Below, one piece after another: positions 1 to 9,822 of a stretch of 35,592 nucleotides of DNA (positions within the stretch are counted from its first letter, which is position 1; each line of letters opens with the position of its first letter). A program made the translations under genes and the position numbers. The DNA is taken from positions 18,326,381 to 18,361,972 of the forward strand of contig NC_069006.1 in NCBI RefSeq assembly GCF_001194135.2, written 5' to 3'. This DNA comes from Octopus bimaculoides (Eukaryota). The notes under the pieces were generated by a model that saw only the letters and a list, made by a program, of their open reading frames with translations, was not told the DNA's origin and did no database searches.

Positions 1-241
1 CATTTATTACAACAGATATAAGCTAATAAAGTTTTTAAAATGTTTCGTCTTACGTCGTTTTTACGAGTTCAGTCGTATGTCTTGGAAATAATTACACAGC
101 ATTGATCTCATCGAAATGGAGAAGCTGGAAACAACTCGGCTCAACCCTTTCTTCCACACTCAAACAACGCACACACACACACACATACATTCATACATAT
201 GCGTGTGTACACTTATATATGGTGTGTATTTGTATATATAT

Positions 242-590
242 GAGGCGCAATGGCCCAGTGGTTAGGGCAGCGGACTCGCGGTCATAGGATCGCGGTTTCG
301 ATTCCCAGACCGGGCGTTGCGAGTGTTTATTGAGCGAAAACACTTAAAGCTCCACGAGGCTCCGGCAGGGGATGGTGTCGAAACCTGCTGTACTCTTCCA
401 CCACAACTTTCTCTCACTCATACTTCCTGTTTCTGTTGTGCCTGTAATTCAAAGGGTCAGCCTTGTCACACTGTGTCATGCTGAATATCCCCGAGAACTA
501 CGTTAAGGGTACACGTGTCTGTGGAGTGCTCAGCCACTTGCACGTTAATTTCACGAGCAGGCCGTTCCGTTGACCGGAAGTGCCAACAAC
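242..590 (+). mobile_element. tRNA-derived SINE, near full length
   Basis: A-box-like TGGCCCAGTGG (251-261) and B-box-like GGTTTCGATTCCC (294-306) in a tRNA-like head. The 3' part (CCTGTAATTCAAAGGG...CAGCCACTTGCACGTTAATTTCACGAGCAGG...GTGCCA) recurs at about 27020-27200. Confidence 0.85.
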
Positions 591-645
591 ATATATATTT
601 GTGTGTGTGTGTGTCTCTCTCTGTTTGTCTGTCTATCCAAGTTTG

Positions 646-676
<31 letters not shown>

Positions 677-689
677 TAAGACTGCTGCG

Positions 690-1085
690 GTGACCAGCAA
701 GCTGTAGGTTTTAAATTTTAGTGACCTTCTCCTAGGTGGATTGTCTTATAGGTCTGGAGAGCTCCATCTATCCTGGAGTTCCAGGAAGGGTGTCATAGAA
801 GGTACCAGACAGCTCGAGGGACTCCACTCCTTAATTTACTGTCACGGTTGATTCCGGTAGCTTTTTTCTTTCTCAAGGCCCTCACAAAGCAGTGAGGATT
901 TGTGCATGAAGTTCCTTCCATAACATAGTAATTAACCCGCATCTGGGACTCTGACAGGTGCTACTGCTCCGGGTCAGAATAGACCTGGGGACAATAGTGG
1001 CTAAGAGGTGGTTTCACACTCCTTAAAACCCTGGAACTCTCGAAGCAGGGCCCCACTACTGGATGCAGTTTAAAGTCATACTAAG
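690..1085 (+). mobile_element. Interspersed repeat, probable RTE-related 3' end or non-autonomous derivative
   Basis: CCTTCTCCTAGGTGGATTGTC...GAGCTCCATCTATCC resembles RTE-type 3' UTR tails, followed by a GGGTCAGAATAGACCTGGG...GGATGCAGTTTAAAGTCATA block. Recognised from memory of such repeats, not searched. Confidence 0.4.
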
Positions 1086-1092
1086 AAGTAAC

Positions 1093-1468
1093 AATCTATA
1101 TAATAGGAACCATAGCTACCAGCTCACCAGTATACAGCACATTACAGACAATACTAATAGAGCTAAACCTAAATTATCATCAGACAGAGAAATATTCCAA
1201 AAAGTTTCCCCTGGTACATTAAAGCCCTAGACAGAGACGGTTGTAATGGAAAACTGAAATGTATGGAACAACCCATATGAAATGATACTGAACAGAAAAA
1301 TAGAAAAGGAATTTGATACAATCCTCCTCATAGTTTAAATGTATCTACAAATGTAACTCGATTTTCTAACAATGATTACTACACACTTCTGTACTTCATA
1401 CTATTATCACTAAATCTTCAATAAAACATGTCTTAAAGTCTATTTTCAACTGTATGAGCAACATAGGA
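1093..1468 (+). pseudogene. Penelope-like element RT C-terminal (thumb/linker) remnant with frameshifts and stops
   Basis: Joined frames read NLYNRNHSYQLTSIQHI...KLSSDREIFQKVS/WYIKALDRDGCNGKLK...KNRKGI*YNPPHSLNVSTNVTRF/LTMITTHF...H*IFNKTCLKV/CMSNI. This follows the PLE pattern LY.N..SNHP..I...KLSS..EIF...Y..AL..SGY...W(F/Y)NPP.S.NV.TN...FL..I..HF...KIFN...K.SYSCM.N. Confidence 0.8.
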
Positions 1469-1895
1469 TCAAAATCAGTGTTTAAATTGTTCAATCTCAT
1501 GTTTTTGAACGTTAAAATGTCACTATCTTTTTTAATGACTAAATCTTTCTGTGAAGTTAAATTACATTTAAAAAAATTTTGTTTTGTTCCCTGTATATTT
1601 GTATCTGCTTTCACTTCTTGGCACCTTTTTTGTTTGTTTGAAGGGAGTGTTTGCCTTGCGAGAAGCCATTTTGAGTATCTTGCGAGGAAATACAAAACGG
1701 AGCCAGAAAAAATAAAATTGTATCCAAAAATGAGTTTCTGTCTATCTCATATGGAGTAGATTCCGGTGCTTTCCTGGAGATACTCTGTTGAAAACTATCA
1801 TCCACAAAGTAAATAATCTTCTTCAGTTCTAGAAAAAAATAAACATCTACAAAATCCTTGAAGCGAGGTGAAAGCATATCTACTCACACCAGATG

Positions 1896-1896
1896 T

Positions 1897-1927
<31 letters not shown>

Positions 1928-2015
1928 GCTGCTGCTACTACTACTACTTGCTACTACTGTTGCTACCATCATCACAACAAGTAATAATAATAATAACAAC
2001 AACAACAATAATAAA
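1896..2015. repeat. Compound trinucleotide microsatellite (TAC)n/(TGC)n/(AAT)n/(AAC)n
   Basis: Direct reading of the sequence. Confidence 0.95.
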
Positions 2016-2018
2016 AAA

Positions 2019-2185
2019 CCTTTCAGCTGGAAGCCTAAGGCCTCACATTTGGGGAAAGGCATTAAGTCGATTTCATCGACCCCAGTGCGTAAGTGGTACT
2101 TATTTAATCGACCCCGAAAGGATGAAAGGTAAAGTCTCAACCTCGGCGGAATTTGAACTCAGAGCGTAGCAACGGGCGAAATACC
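2019..2185 (-). mobile_element. Meta-like SINE, 5'-truncated, second unit of a tandem dimer
   Basis: Reverse complement carries GAGTTCAAATTCCGCCGAGG (B-box) and the CCTTTCATCCTTTCGGGGTCGATTAAATAAGTACC central domain. It ends in an (ATT)/(GTT) tail. Confidence 0.85.
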
Positions 2186-2407
2186 TTTTCTACTCTAGGC
2201 ACAAGGTCCGAAATTTTGGGGGAGGGAGGAGGGGGGGAGGACAGTCGATTAGATCAACCCTAGTACGCAATTGCTACTTAATTTATCGATCCTGAAAGGA
2301 GGAAAGCAAAGTCGACCTCGGTAGAATTTGAACTCAGAACGTAAGGACGGACGAAATGCCATTATGCATTCTGTCCGGCGTGCTAACGATTCTGCCAGCT
2401 CGCCACC
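2184..2407 (-). mobile_element. Meta-like tRNA-derived SINE, full length
   Basis: Reverse complement starts GGTGGCGAGCTGGCAGAATCGTTAGCACGCC, has the B-box GAGTTCAAATTC and central domain, and ends GTGCCTAGAGTAGAAAAGG. Homologous to copies at 10454, 11926 and 13835. Confidence 0.9.
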
Positions 2408-2751
2408 CTAATAGTAGTAGTAGTAATAATAAGATTTTTTTCCACATTGAATAATGTCCTCTTATAATGTGTGTGATAACTCCAGTCTTCAATATGTCTG
2501 ATATCGCTGTATCAATCTCTTTATTGACTTCTGACAACATCTAAAATAAACACCGCGTATAAATGTTACATATCAACCTTAAAACCGAAAATATATCGCT
2601 TATTTACGCAGCGTGAAATAAATATCAACGTGATATCACTCTATCACTCTGTCATATCCTCCATACTGCATGACATAACTACTTCTCCAAGCAAATTTCT
2701 GTGATATTACTTCGTGTACATATATGTTGAAATACTTCCCTGAGAGGTACA

Positions 2752-2858
2752 CGTGTGGCAATGTGGTAAGAAGTTTGCTTCCAAACCACGTGGTTCCGGG
2801 TTCAGTCTTACTGTATGGTACCAAGGGCAAGTGTCTTCTACTAATAGCTCCGGGCCGA
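2752..2858 (+). mobile_element. CORE-like SINE, 5' portion
   Basis: GTGGCAATGTGGTAAGAAGTTTGCTTCC...GGGTTCAGTC...GGGCAAGTGTCTTCTACTA matches the head and core of the full copy at 19462-19845. Confidence 0.85.
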
Positions 2859-2911
2859 GGGCGGCGAACTGGCAGTGCGCGGGCTCACCGCACAAAGATG
2901 ACCCCCCCCCC

Positions 2912-3394
2912 NNNNNNNNNNNNNNNNNNNNNNNNNNNNNNNNNNNNNNNNNNNNNNNNNNNNNNNNNNNNNNNNNNNNNNNNNNNNNNNNNNNNNNNNN
3001 NNNNNNNNNNNNNNNNNNNNNNNNNNNNNNNNNNNNNNNNNNNNNNNNNNNNNNNNNNNNNNNNNNNNNNNNNNNNNNNNNNNNNNNNNNNNNNNNNNNN
3101 NNNNNNNNNNNNNNNNNNNNNNNNNNNNNNNNNNNNNNNNNNNNNNNNNNNNNNNNNNNNNNNNNNNNNNNNNNNNNNNNNNNNNNNNNNNNNNNNNNNN
3201 NNNNNNNNNNNNNNNNNNNNNNNNNNNNNNNNNNNNNNNNNNNNNNNNNNNNNNNNNNNNNNNNNNNNNNNNNNNNNNNNNNNNNNNNNNNNNNNNNNNN
3301 NNNNNNNNNNNNNNNNNNNNNNNNNNNNNNNNNNNNNNNNNNNNNNNNNNNNNNNNNNNNNNNNNNNNNNNNNNNNNNNNNNNNNNNNNNNNNN
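2912..3394. other. Assembly gap. Other gaps: 14222-14552, 16667-17167, 17961-18002, 20653-20752, 21652-22364, 24254-24916, 25795-26118, 29181-29574, 30235-30893, 31362-31371, 31908-32291
   Basis: Runs of N, mostly flanked by (TA)n, (CA)n or (GA)n tracts, typical of a short-read scaffold. Confidence 0.99.
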
Positions 3395-3583
3395 GTTTAG
3401 GCACCAGAATATAGTATGGTATGGTATTATCTAAAAACCATTCCAAAAACTAGGTGATCAATTACTAGCCTGATAGACTTGGCTATGTCAAGATGGATTT
3501 TTATGTATTCTTCCTCCCACTTGGATTTGAAATGTTGCCACAATAATAATATCTCTATTCTACTGTAATTTTCTGCATTTTCG

Positions 3584-3671
3584 TGCAGCTGAAGATTGCT
3601 CTACATATTGCATTTAATGTAATGCTCACATTACTTAAATAAATGGAGTAGCATGAAACGTGCGTACTGCA
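3584..3671 (+). ncRNA. Type I hammerhead ribozyme motif with extended stem II
   Basis: Stem I TGCAG (3584-88)/CTGCA (3667-71). Core CTGAAGA (3589-95) and GAAA (3655-58). Stem III ACG-TG-CGT with GUA triplet, predicted cut after 3666. Stem II is a long imperfect hairpin, 3597-3624 paired with 3629-3653. Confidence 0.7.
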
Positions 3672-4269
3672 ACCATCTTTAAAATCCTTGTTGCTTATTT
3701 TGATTTTATATATATATATAATGTATAAACATAATTAAGGGATCAGCAAATAGTTGCTTCACCGCATACCGAAGTTCAGCTTGGTAAAATTATTAATTGT
3801 TAATTTATTAATAAATTAATAAATTGATAAACCTTTACCCTTTTAATTGTATATATAATGTATATATATTTGTGTATGTATGTATAGTTCATACAATCAC
3901 TCACACACACATATTCATGTATGTATGAAATAAAAACCGCGAAACTTGGCGCTTAACTTAATGTAATATCCATTCTCATAGCGTTTTGAGTCAAACAACT
4001 TTTTTACAAACACACACACACACACACACAAAGTACTTGACTGTTCATCTTCATCATGTTGCTGCTGCTACTGTTGCTGCTACCATCGTAGTTGTTGTTA
4101 TTGATGTTGTTGTTGTTCATGTATGTGTAAGTAATTCAACGCCACGTGTGAAAATACTAATAGCTTGTTAACCACATGGGAGGGCAAAGCAGCGCCTCTC
4201 TTTCTCGCAGCACTGGCTCCTTGGCACAACTGTTAACATACTTTGGAACGGAACGGAAATAGAGGTTCA

Positions 4270-4700
4270 GGTGTTGGTGGCGACGGCGGTAATGGTGGTG
4301 GTGGTGGTGGTGGTGGTGGAGGTGGTGGCTGAGTCGGCGGTGGCGGCAATGGTGGAGATGATAGTATTGATGGTGGTGGTGGAGGAAGTGATGATAAAGA
4401 AAGCGGTGCTGACGCTGGTTGAGGTGGTGTGTTGTTGTTGGTGGTTGTGGTGGTGGTGGTGGTGGTAATAATGGTGGAGAGGATAGTATTGTTGATGGTG
4501 GTGGTGGTGGAGTTAGAGACGGTGATAAGGGTGGTGGTATTGTGGGTTGAGATGATATTGATGGTGATAGTGGTGGAGGAAGTAATGGTTCTGACGGTGG
4601 TTGTGGTGGTGTTGATGACAACAACGGTGATGATGGTGGTGGTGGTGGTGGTGGTTGATGACTGTTTTGATGTAGGTGGTGGCGATGGCAGTGGAAAAGG
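4270..4700. repeat. Degenerate (GGT/GAT/GTT)n low-complexity tract
   Basis: Direct reading. It accounts for the poly-V/P/H ORFs in the track. Confidence 0.95.
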
Positions 4701-4939
4701 TGATGTTTGGGATGTAGTAGTGTGGTGAAGTACTTTAGTAGTGCACTAGTTGTGCCGTAGTATACCACTGTAGTGGTGTACTAGGGTGGTAGTTGTGTGG
4801 TAGTGTACAACTATAGTGATGCAGTGGAGAAGAAGTGGTATAGTACGGGTACAACATCGATTTTCCAAAGCCATTCCGGTTTAGCGATTTTTCCGAACCA
4901 GAGGTGGTCACCTTGGTCAACGCAATCTAAATCAAGCGA

Positions 4940-5147
4940 GGGTTCAGTCCCACACCATGGCACCTTGGGCAAGTGTCTTCTACTATAGCCTTCGGCCGAC
5001 CAAAGGCTTGTGAGTGGAATTGGTAGACGGAAACTGATAGAAGCACGTCGTGCACATATACATACATACATATATACATGCATAAATGTGTGTGTGTGTT
5101 CGTGTGTGTGTATGTATGTGTGTGTGTGTGTGTATGTGTGTGTGTGT

Positions 5148-5185
<38 letters not shown>
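4940..5185 (+). mobile_element. CORE-like SINE 5' half ending in an expanded (TG)n tract
   Basis: GGTTCAGTCCCAC...GGCACCTTGGGCAAGTGTCTTCTACTATAGCC...GGTAGACGGAAACTGATAGAAGC followed by (TA)/(TG) repeats. Confidence 0.9.
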
Positions 5186-5207
5186 TTCAAAATTGTACAA
5201 GAGACAG

Positions 5208-5292
5208 TAGAGACAGGTGAGTGAACAATAAACGTGGTGTATTAGTTTGACACTCAGGAAAAAATGGAAAGGTCTTTGGTCCCAAGCTCTTC
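5208..5292 (-). mobile_element. Fragment of the repeat seen at 16215-16320, with the ribozyme core deleted
   Basis: Reverse complement GAAGAGC...CTTTCCATTTTTTCCTGAGTGTCAAACTAATACAC...CACCTGTC aligns to about 16225-16310. Confidence 0.7.
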
Positions 5293-5484
5293 CTATACAC
5301 ACTTACACACCATACATACACGCCACACACACACACGTATATGTGTAGATATACACATCTATATCTGAAAACGGAAAACTGAAAACTTTTTTAGTATCAT
5401 GGATTCTGCATTATACATGTTTCATCAGGAATATTCTAATTCTTGGTCTGATGAATTACGAACAGATTTTCTTTTATTCTTTTA

Positions 5485-5710
5485 TTCTCTTACTAGTTTC
5501 AGTCATTTGACTGCGGCCATGTTGGAGCACCGCCTTTAGTCGAACAAATCGACCCCAGGACTTATTCTTTGTAAGCCTAGTATACTTATTCGATCGGTAT
5601 CTTTTGCCGAACCGCTATGTTATAGAGACATAAACACACCAACATCGGTTGTCAAGCGATAGTGGCAGGGACAAACACAGACAGACAAACACACACACAC
5701 ATATATATAT
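5485..5710 (-). mobile_element. CORE-like SINE 3' half
   Basis: TTTCAGTCATTTGACTGCGGCCATG...GAGCACCGCCTTTAGTCG...GACCCCAGGACTTATTCTTTGTAAGCC is near-identical to 19470-19660. Confidence 0.9.
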
Positions 5711-6139
5711 ACAAATAATAAATGAGTATATGCATATATACGTACATGTATGTACATACCTACATCCACCTGTATATATAGATGCATATCTGGGTACAGG
5801 ACATTGCAAACAAAACGTAGACAAAATGATAAACAAGTACAGAAAACACACAGGCCACATAGAGAACATTTCCTTCATCAGTTGCCACCATTCAACACTG
5901 GCGTTTAGAGGCGGCAATATCTCCGTAAGGGATTGTTAAAAACAATCCAGATGCCAACTGGGTTTAACCGGATATATTGATAGGAAGATCATCAATATAT
6001 ATATGTCTATAAACAGTCTCATAAAATTAAAAAGTCAAAATGGAGAAGATAGTCCACAAATAAGTCATTTCGTAACTTAAGACTAAAAGATACTTATTTG
6101 TACTGAAAACATCTAACAATATACCGCTTATGACATCTA

Positions 6140-6373
6140 TAGGGTATTCAAAAGGTCTCTCCGCAGTAAGTATTTAATGGTTTTCAGGCGATTCTTGTAC
6201 ACTGATCTTTTACTTGCTCCCCAGAAAAAAAAAATCTGGCGGTGTTAAATCAGGTGATCTTGGTGGCCAAAGTCCCTTCTAAATAATCCGTTCACCGAAA
6301 AACTCTTGAAGTAGCGCCATGGTGATGCGCAGGATGAAAAAATTCACTGGTGAGAGACTTTTTGAACACCCTG
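6140..6373 (-). mobile_element. Internally deleted Tc1/mariner-superfamily DNA transposon (234 bp)
   Basis: About 22-bp terminal inverted repeats (TAGGGTATTCAAAAGGTCTCTC / GAGAGACTTTTTGAACACCCTG) flanked by TA at 6138-39 and 6374-75. The minus strand encodes MALLQEFFGERII*KGLWPPRSPDLTPPDFF/WG...VYKN, a transposase catalytic-end motif. Confidence 0.9.
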
Positions 6374-6395
6374 TACAAAAGTTACTATTATTGAC

Positions 6396-6603
6396 GTGTT
6401 TGTTCCCCACCACCGCTTGCCAATTGGTATTGGTGTGTCTACGTCCCCCGTAACCTAGCTGTTCGGCAGAACAGGCCAACAGAATAAATACCAGGCTTTA
6501 CAGTGAATAAATAGATAAATAAAAATAAAGACTTGGGTCGATTCATCCGACTAAAACTTTTCAAGGCTGTGCCCCAGCATGGCTGTAGTCTGATGACTGA
6601 AAT

Positions 6604-6637
<34 letters not shown>
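6396..6637 (+). mobile_element. CORE-like SINE 3' half (diverged subfamily) with poly(A)
   Basis: CGCTTGCCAATTGG...ACGTCCCCCGTAACCTAG...GGGTCGATT...CCAGCATGGCTG...TGACTGAAATAAGT followed by about 29 A. Confidence 0.85.
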
Positions 6638-6638
<1 letters not shown>

Positions 6639-7199
6639 TAAATAGACAAGCAGGCAGGCAGACATATAGCTAGCTCGTTAGATAATTAGATAGACAGTTA
6701 CATAGACAGACAAACAGATTGACAGACAGACGGGCGTTCTGATTAGGTATATCAGCAGGGATATTAATAGCAATGGCGATGAACATATATGAATATGGTT
6801 CTGATTTTGATTACTTACAAATAAATAAGAGTAAATGTGCGAATTCCTTTTGGTAGGATTAACTATTTGTTAATTAGCGACTGAGAACAGCTGGGTGGAT
6901 ATTAGGGTAGCGCATGTGTGTGTGTGTATGTGTATAATAGGTGTGTGTATGTGTGTAATAGGTGTGGTATACTGCGGAGTAAATGAACGTGTAGTTGTTG
7001 CTTCTGAAAATGGCGGAATATTCTTTTCTACTCTAGGTACAAGGCCCGAAATTTTTATAGTTTCAATGAAAGATTGGCTCCGTAGTCATCGAAGCCTAAT
7101 TTCTCAAGATTGGTATTTAAGCAGTGTGTTACGTACGTATGTATGTGTGTTTGTGTCTATCTTCATGTGCATATGTGTGCATGCATGTATGGTGCATGG

Positions 7200-7720
7200 T
7201 CGGGTCCTCGGCGACTAAGCGGTCAACACCATTATTGAGTATGGCAGCTTTTCAACACCCTACGGGATGATAAAAATGACTCGTCGAAGGGCGGAGAAAC
7301 TCAGAAGAGTCAACGGCCAACGAAATAAAACCCCTGGGAGTGAGTGGCCCTTGACTGTTTTCATAAGATCCTTGTAGGAGCGGGACACTGATGTAAAACT
7401 CGCGGTTTCACACGATCCCAGGTCATCTCGCTTCAGTCTGTCACTCGGGGCTAATCACGTAGACTCAGAATGTTGTCCTCATATCGTACAAGCGTTTATC
7501 ACTATAACCTAATGATGTACGGATGTCTCTTTATGGTGACCGCATTTGTCATCTGTCATTCTAGTTTGTCGTACGACGATGGAAGAGTGACTACGTGTGC
7601 AGAACTAAGTGATAGAGCTGAAGGACTGAATAGTTATCTGGGAGGTCATGGACGAGTCAGAATTGAGCTTGATATCGTGGAAGCACCAACAGACGGTAAT
7701 CATCTGTGAAGACGGAGTAA
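7200..7720 (+). mobile_element. Possible interspersed repeat (non-LTR retrotransposon 5' region?)
   Basis: GC-richer, non-repetitive block resembling RTE-type 5' regions. No protein motif was recognised, so the call is weak. Confidence 0.25.
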
Positions 7721-7819
7721 TTACATTCGATATACATATATAGATGTATGCTTATATGAGTGTATGCGCACATGTGTAGAATATTTTATCTAAGTCCTTC
7801 TCTCTCTCACCTTCTCTCC

Positions 7820-7985
7820 CTCTATACACACACACACACACACATACACACACACACACACGCACATGTGTACATAACTTTATATTATATAATCTTTAGA
7901 TACATATTTATCCATCTTTACGTACACACACACACTCACATTCACATATATACATGCATGCACACGTACACACACATATATATAA

Positions 7986-8059
<74 letters not shown>

Positions 8060-8094
8060 ATGCATAATGTAAATATAAATATATATATATATAG

Positions 8095-8129
<35 letters not shown>

Positions 8130-8160
8130 TACATGCATACATGTAAATATATATATATAT
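7820..8160. repeat. Compound (CA)n/(TA)n microsatellite cluster
   Basis: Direct reading, including a long (TA)n run at about 7988-8050. Confidence 0.95.
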
Positions 8161-8492
8161 ATTCGTACATATAAATTCATACTAAAAGATACGTATTTGC
8201 CTGTAGTCTCCCAATTAACTCACAAAATGCACCAAACCAACCAATATCAGAGTCATAAAATCCCCTCTCCACCCAGCCATGCAGAGGTAAATATATAACT
8301 TCGTGTGATTCTCATTAGCAACTGTACTCAGTCAACTAGCCTACAATATTTCGGTTATTCAACACCGACACATGCATAGCTTCTTATATACACACACATG
8401 CCTGTATGTGCATATACATTCACACACATACATACACATCTGCACGTCCACACACTTATACGCACGCATATTGTTTATAAACATTATGTCAT

Positions 8493-8676
8493 AGTTTGCA
8501 TATTTTGGCCCAAAACCAACAATTTCGGCACAAGTGTTCAACTTGTACTTATTTTATCTATTCCAAAAGATGAAAGGCAAAGTCAACCTCGGTGGAATAT
8601 GAGCTCAGAATGGAAAGACAGACGAAATGCTGCTAAGCATTTTGTCCGGCGTGCTAATGATTCTGCATCTCGCCGC
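8493..8676 (-). mobile_element. Meta-like SINE, diverged, with internal deletion
   Basis: GATGAAAGGCAAAGTCAACCTCGG...GACGAAATGCTGCTAAGCATTTTGTCCGGCGTGCTAATGATTCTGC...CGCCGC. Confidence 0.85.
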
Positions 8677-8694
8677 TTTATATACAGATATATA

Positions 8695-8890
8695 TTAATT
8701 TCAAATTTTGTCACAATACCAGTAATTTCGGGGAAGGGGTTAAGCCGATTACATCGGCACCAGAGTTAAACAGTTTTCTTTTCATTCTTTCAGGGTCGAT
8801 AAAATAAATACCAGCCCAGGACTAGTGTCAATTCAGTTGACTATACTACTTTACCAGAAAGAATTCCAGGCCTTATGATGATAATAGAAT
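8695..8890. mobile_element. Two Meta-like SINE fragments in opposite orientation
   Basis: Minus-strand tail TTTCAAATTTTG...TAAGCCGATTACATCG (8695-8765), then plus-strand CTTTTCATTCTTTCAGGGTCGATAAAATAAATACCAG (about 8778-8815) and a decayed tail. Confidence 0.6.
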
Positions 8891-8896
8891 GAAATT

Positions 8897-9429
8897 TTAT
8901 TATTATTATCATTATTATTGTGTGAAAGAGCAGCGTATGCCATCAAAGTGACACTGAGATACAGTTATACGACGCCCAATATACCCATCATGACTACCCG
9001 CCTGATATGGGTACACCAGACACATCCATCACAACAATATGTGCGCGACACGGCAATCTCATATCAAGATAAACTGTGCATGACCTTGCAGATGGGGCCC
9101 AGTTAGGATTTTCTTCAGGTTGAATAGCCCATCCCGCTCAAATCGTCCTTGAATAAAGGTTGTTTAAGAATGTTGAACAAAACACCCATGTTTCCAGAGG
9201 TGAAGTATCCAAATCCCAAAGAATTCCTCACAACACATGGCTATGATGCTCCCCCACTACAATTGCTCTTGATCAGAGATGCACATATCGTCAACCACCA
9301 AGGGACATGCTCAACTGGTTCAGGTCAAACAACTGACAAGCAAATCTGTGGTATTAAGCAGAATATTTGCTGTAGCCCATCTTTTATACCAAGACAGAAC
9401 AATGTACATGATAACACTTCCAATCAGTT
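8897..9429 (-). mobile_element. Non-autonomous non-LTR retroposon with (TAA)n 3' tail, 5'-truncated
   Basis: About 530-bp non-coding block ending on the minus strand in an (AAT)n tail at 8897-8920. Recognised from memory as an abundant cephalopod repeat; family not named. Confidence 0.6.
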
Positions 9430-9475
9430 TGATGACATTTCCAATCAGTTTGATGACACTTCCAATCAGTTTGAT
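9409..9475. repeat. 21-bp tandem repeat, about 3.2 copies (TGATRACAYTTCCAATCAGTT)
   Basis: Units at 9409-9429, 9430-9450 and 9451-9471, plus a partial TGAT. Confidence 0.95.
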
Positions 9476-9477
9476 TA

Positions 9478-9822
9478 TCATTACCTCCGCCTTCGCCAAA
9501 GCGGAGGTATTGTTTTCAGTTGTGTTTGTTTGTTTGTCCGTAGACAAGATATCTCAAGAACCGTTGGATGGATTCGGGTGAAACTTCCAGAGATGTTTGG
9601 CCTCGTGACTGGCACGAACTGATTAGATTTCGGGTTCGATCCAGTACTGGACAAGGATTCTGGATTATTTCTCCGGTTTTTTTTTTACCTAATTTACTTT
9701 GCTTTACATGATTACGATCTTGCGTTCAGTTTCACGTTTTTCTCAATTTAGGCTGTTTCCAGAGTTTTATTTCCGTTTCTCTATCATTAATTTTACTCGC
9801 GTCTCGATCTTAGTAGAAACTG
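9478..9822 (+). mobile_element. Helentron/HINE-like non-autonomous element, copy 1 (3' end decayed)
   Basis: 5' (T/C)ATTACCTCCGCC with a 9-bp hairpin TACCTCCGC/GCGGAGGTA, then a GTTT/GTCC simple repeat. Internal GGACAAGGATTCTGGATTATTTCTCCGG is shared with copy 2. Confidence 0.65.

Noticed and set aside
242-320. tRNA-like sequence with A and B boxes
   Set aside because: It continues into a multi-copy SINE body with no proper acceptor stem. It is a SINE head, not a tRNA gene.
2859-2911. GC-rich GGCGGCGAACTGGCAG...poly-C fused to a CORE-like SINE
   Set aside because: It sits at a contig end before a gap. It could be a Meta-like SINE start plus low-quality read end, so a chimera cannot be supported.
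5400-5435. Minus-strand CTGATGAAACATGTA, a hammerhead-like core with palindromic ACATGT
   Set aside because: Stem II is absent and there is no stem I pairing.
5845-5890. Minus-strand GGCAA-CTGATGA-AGGAAA
   Set aside because: There is no room for stem II and no NUH plus stem I in register.
6585-6607. CTGATGACTGAAAT motif
   Set aside because: It is a variant of the SINE tail (CAAATGACTGAAAC), with no ribozyme stems.
7470-7709. 79-aa non-repetitive ORF
   Set aside because: No recognisable domain or splice context; probably part of a repeat.
9409-9475. Short direct repeats as a possible CRISPR array
   Set aside because: The units are contiguous with no spacers, and the context is eukaryotic.
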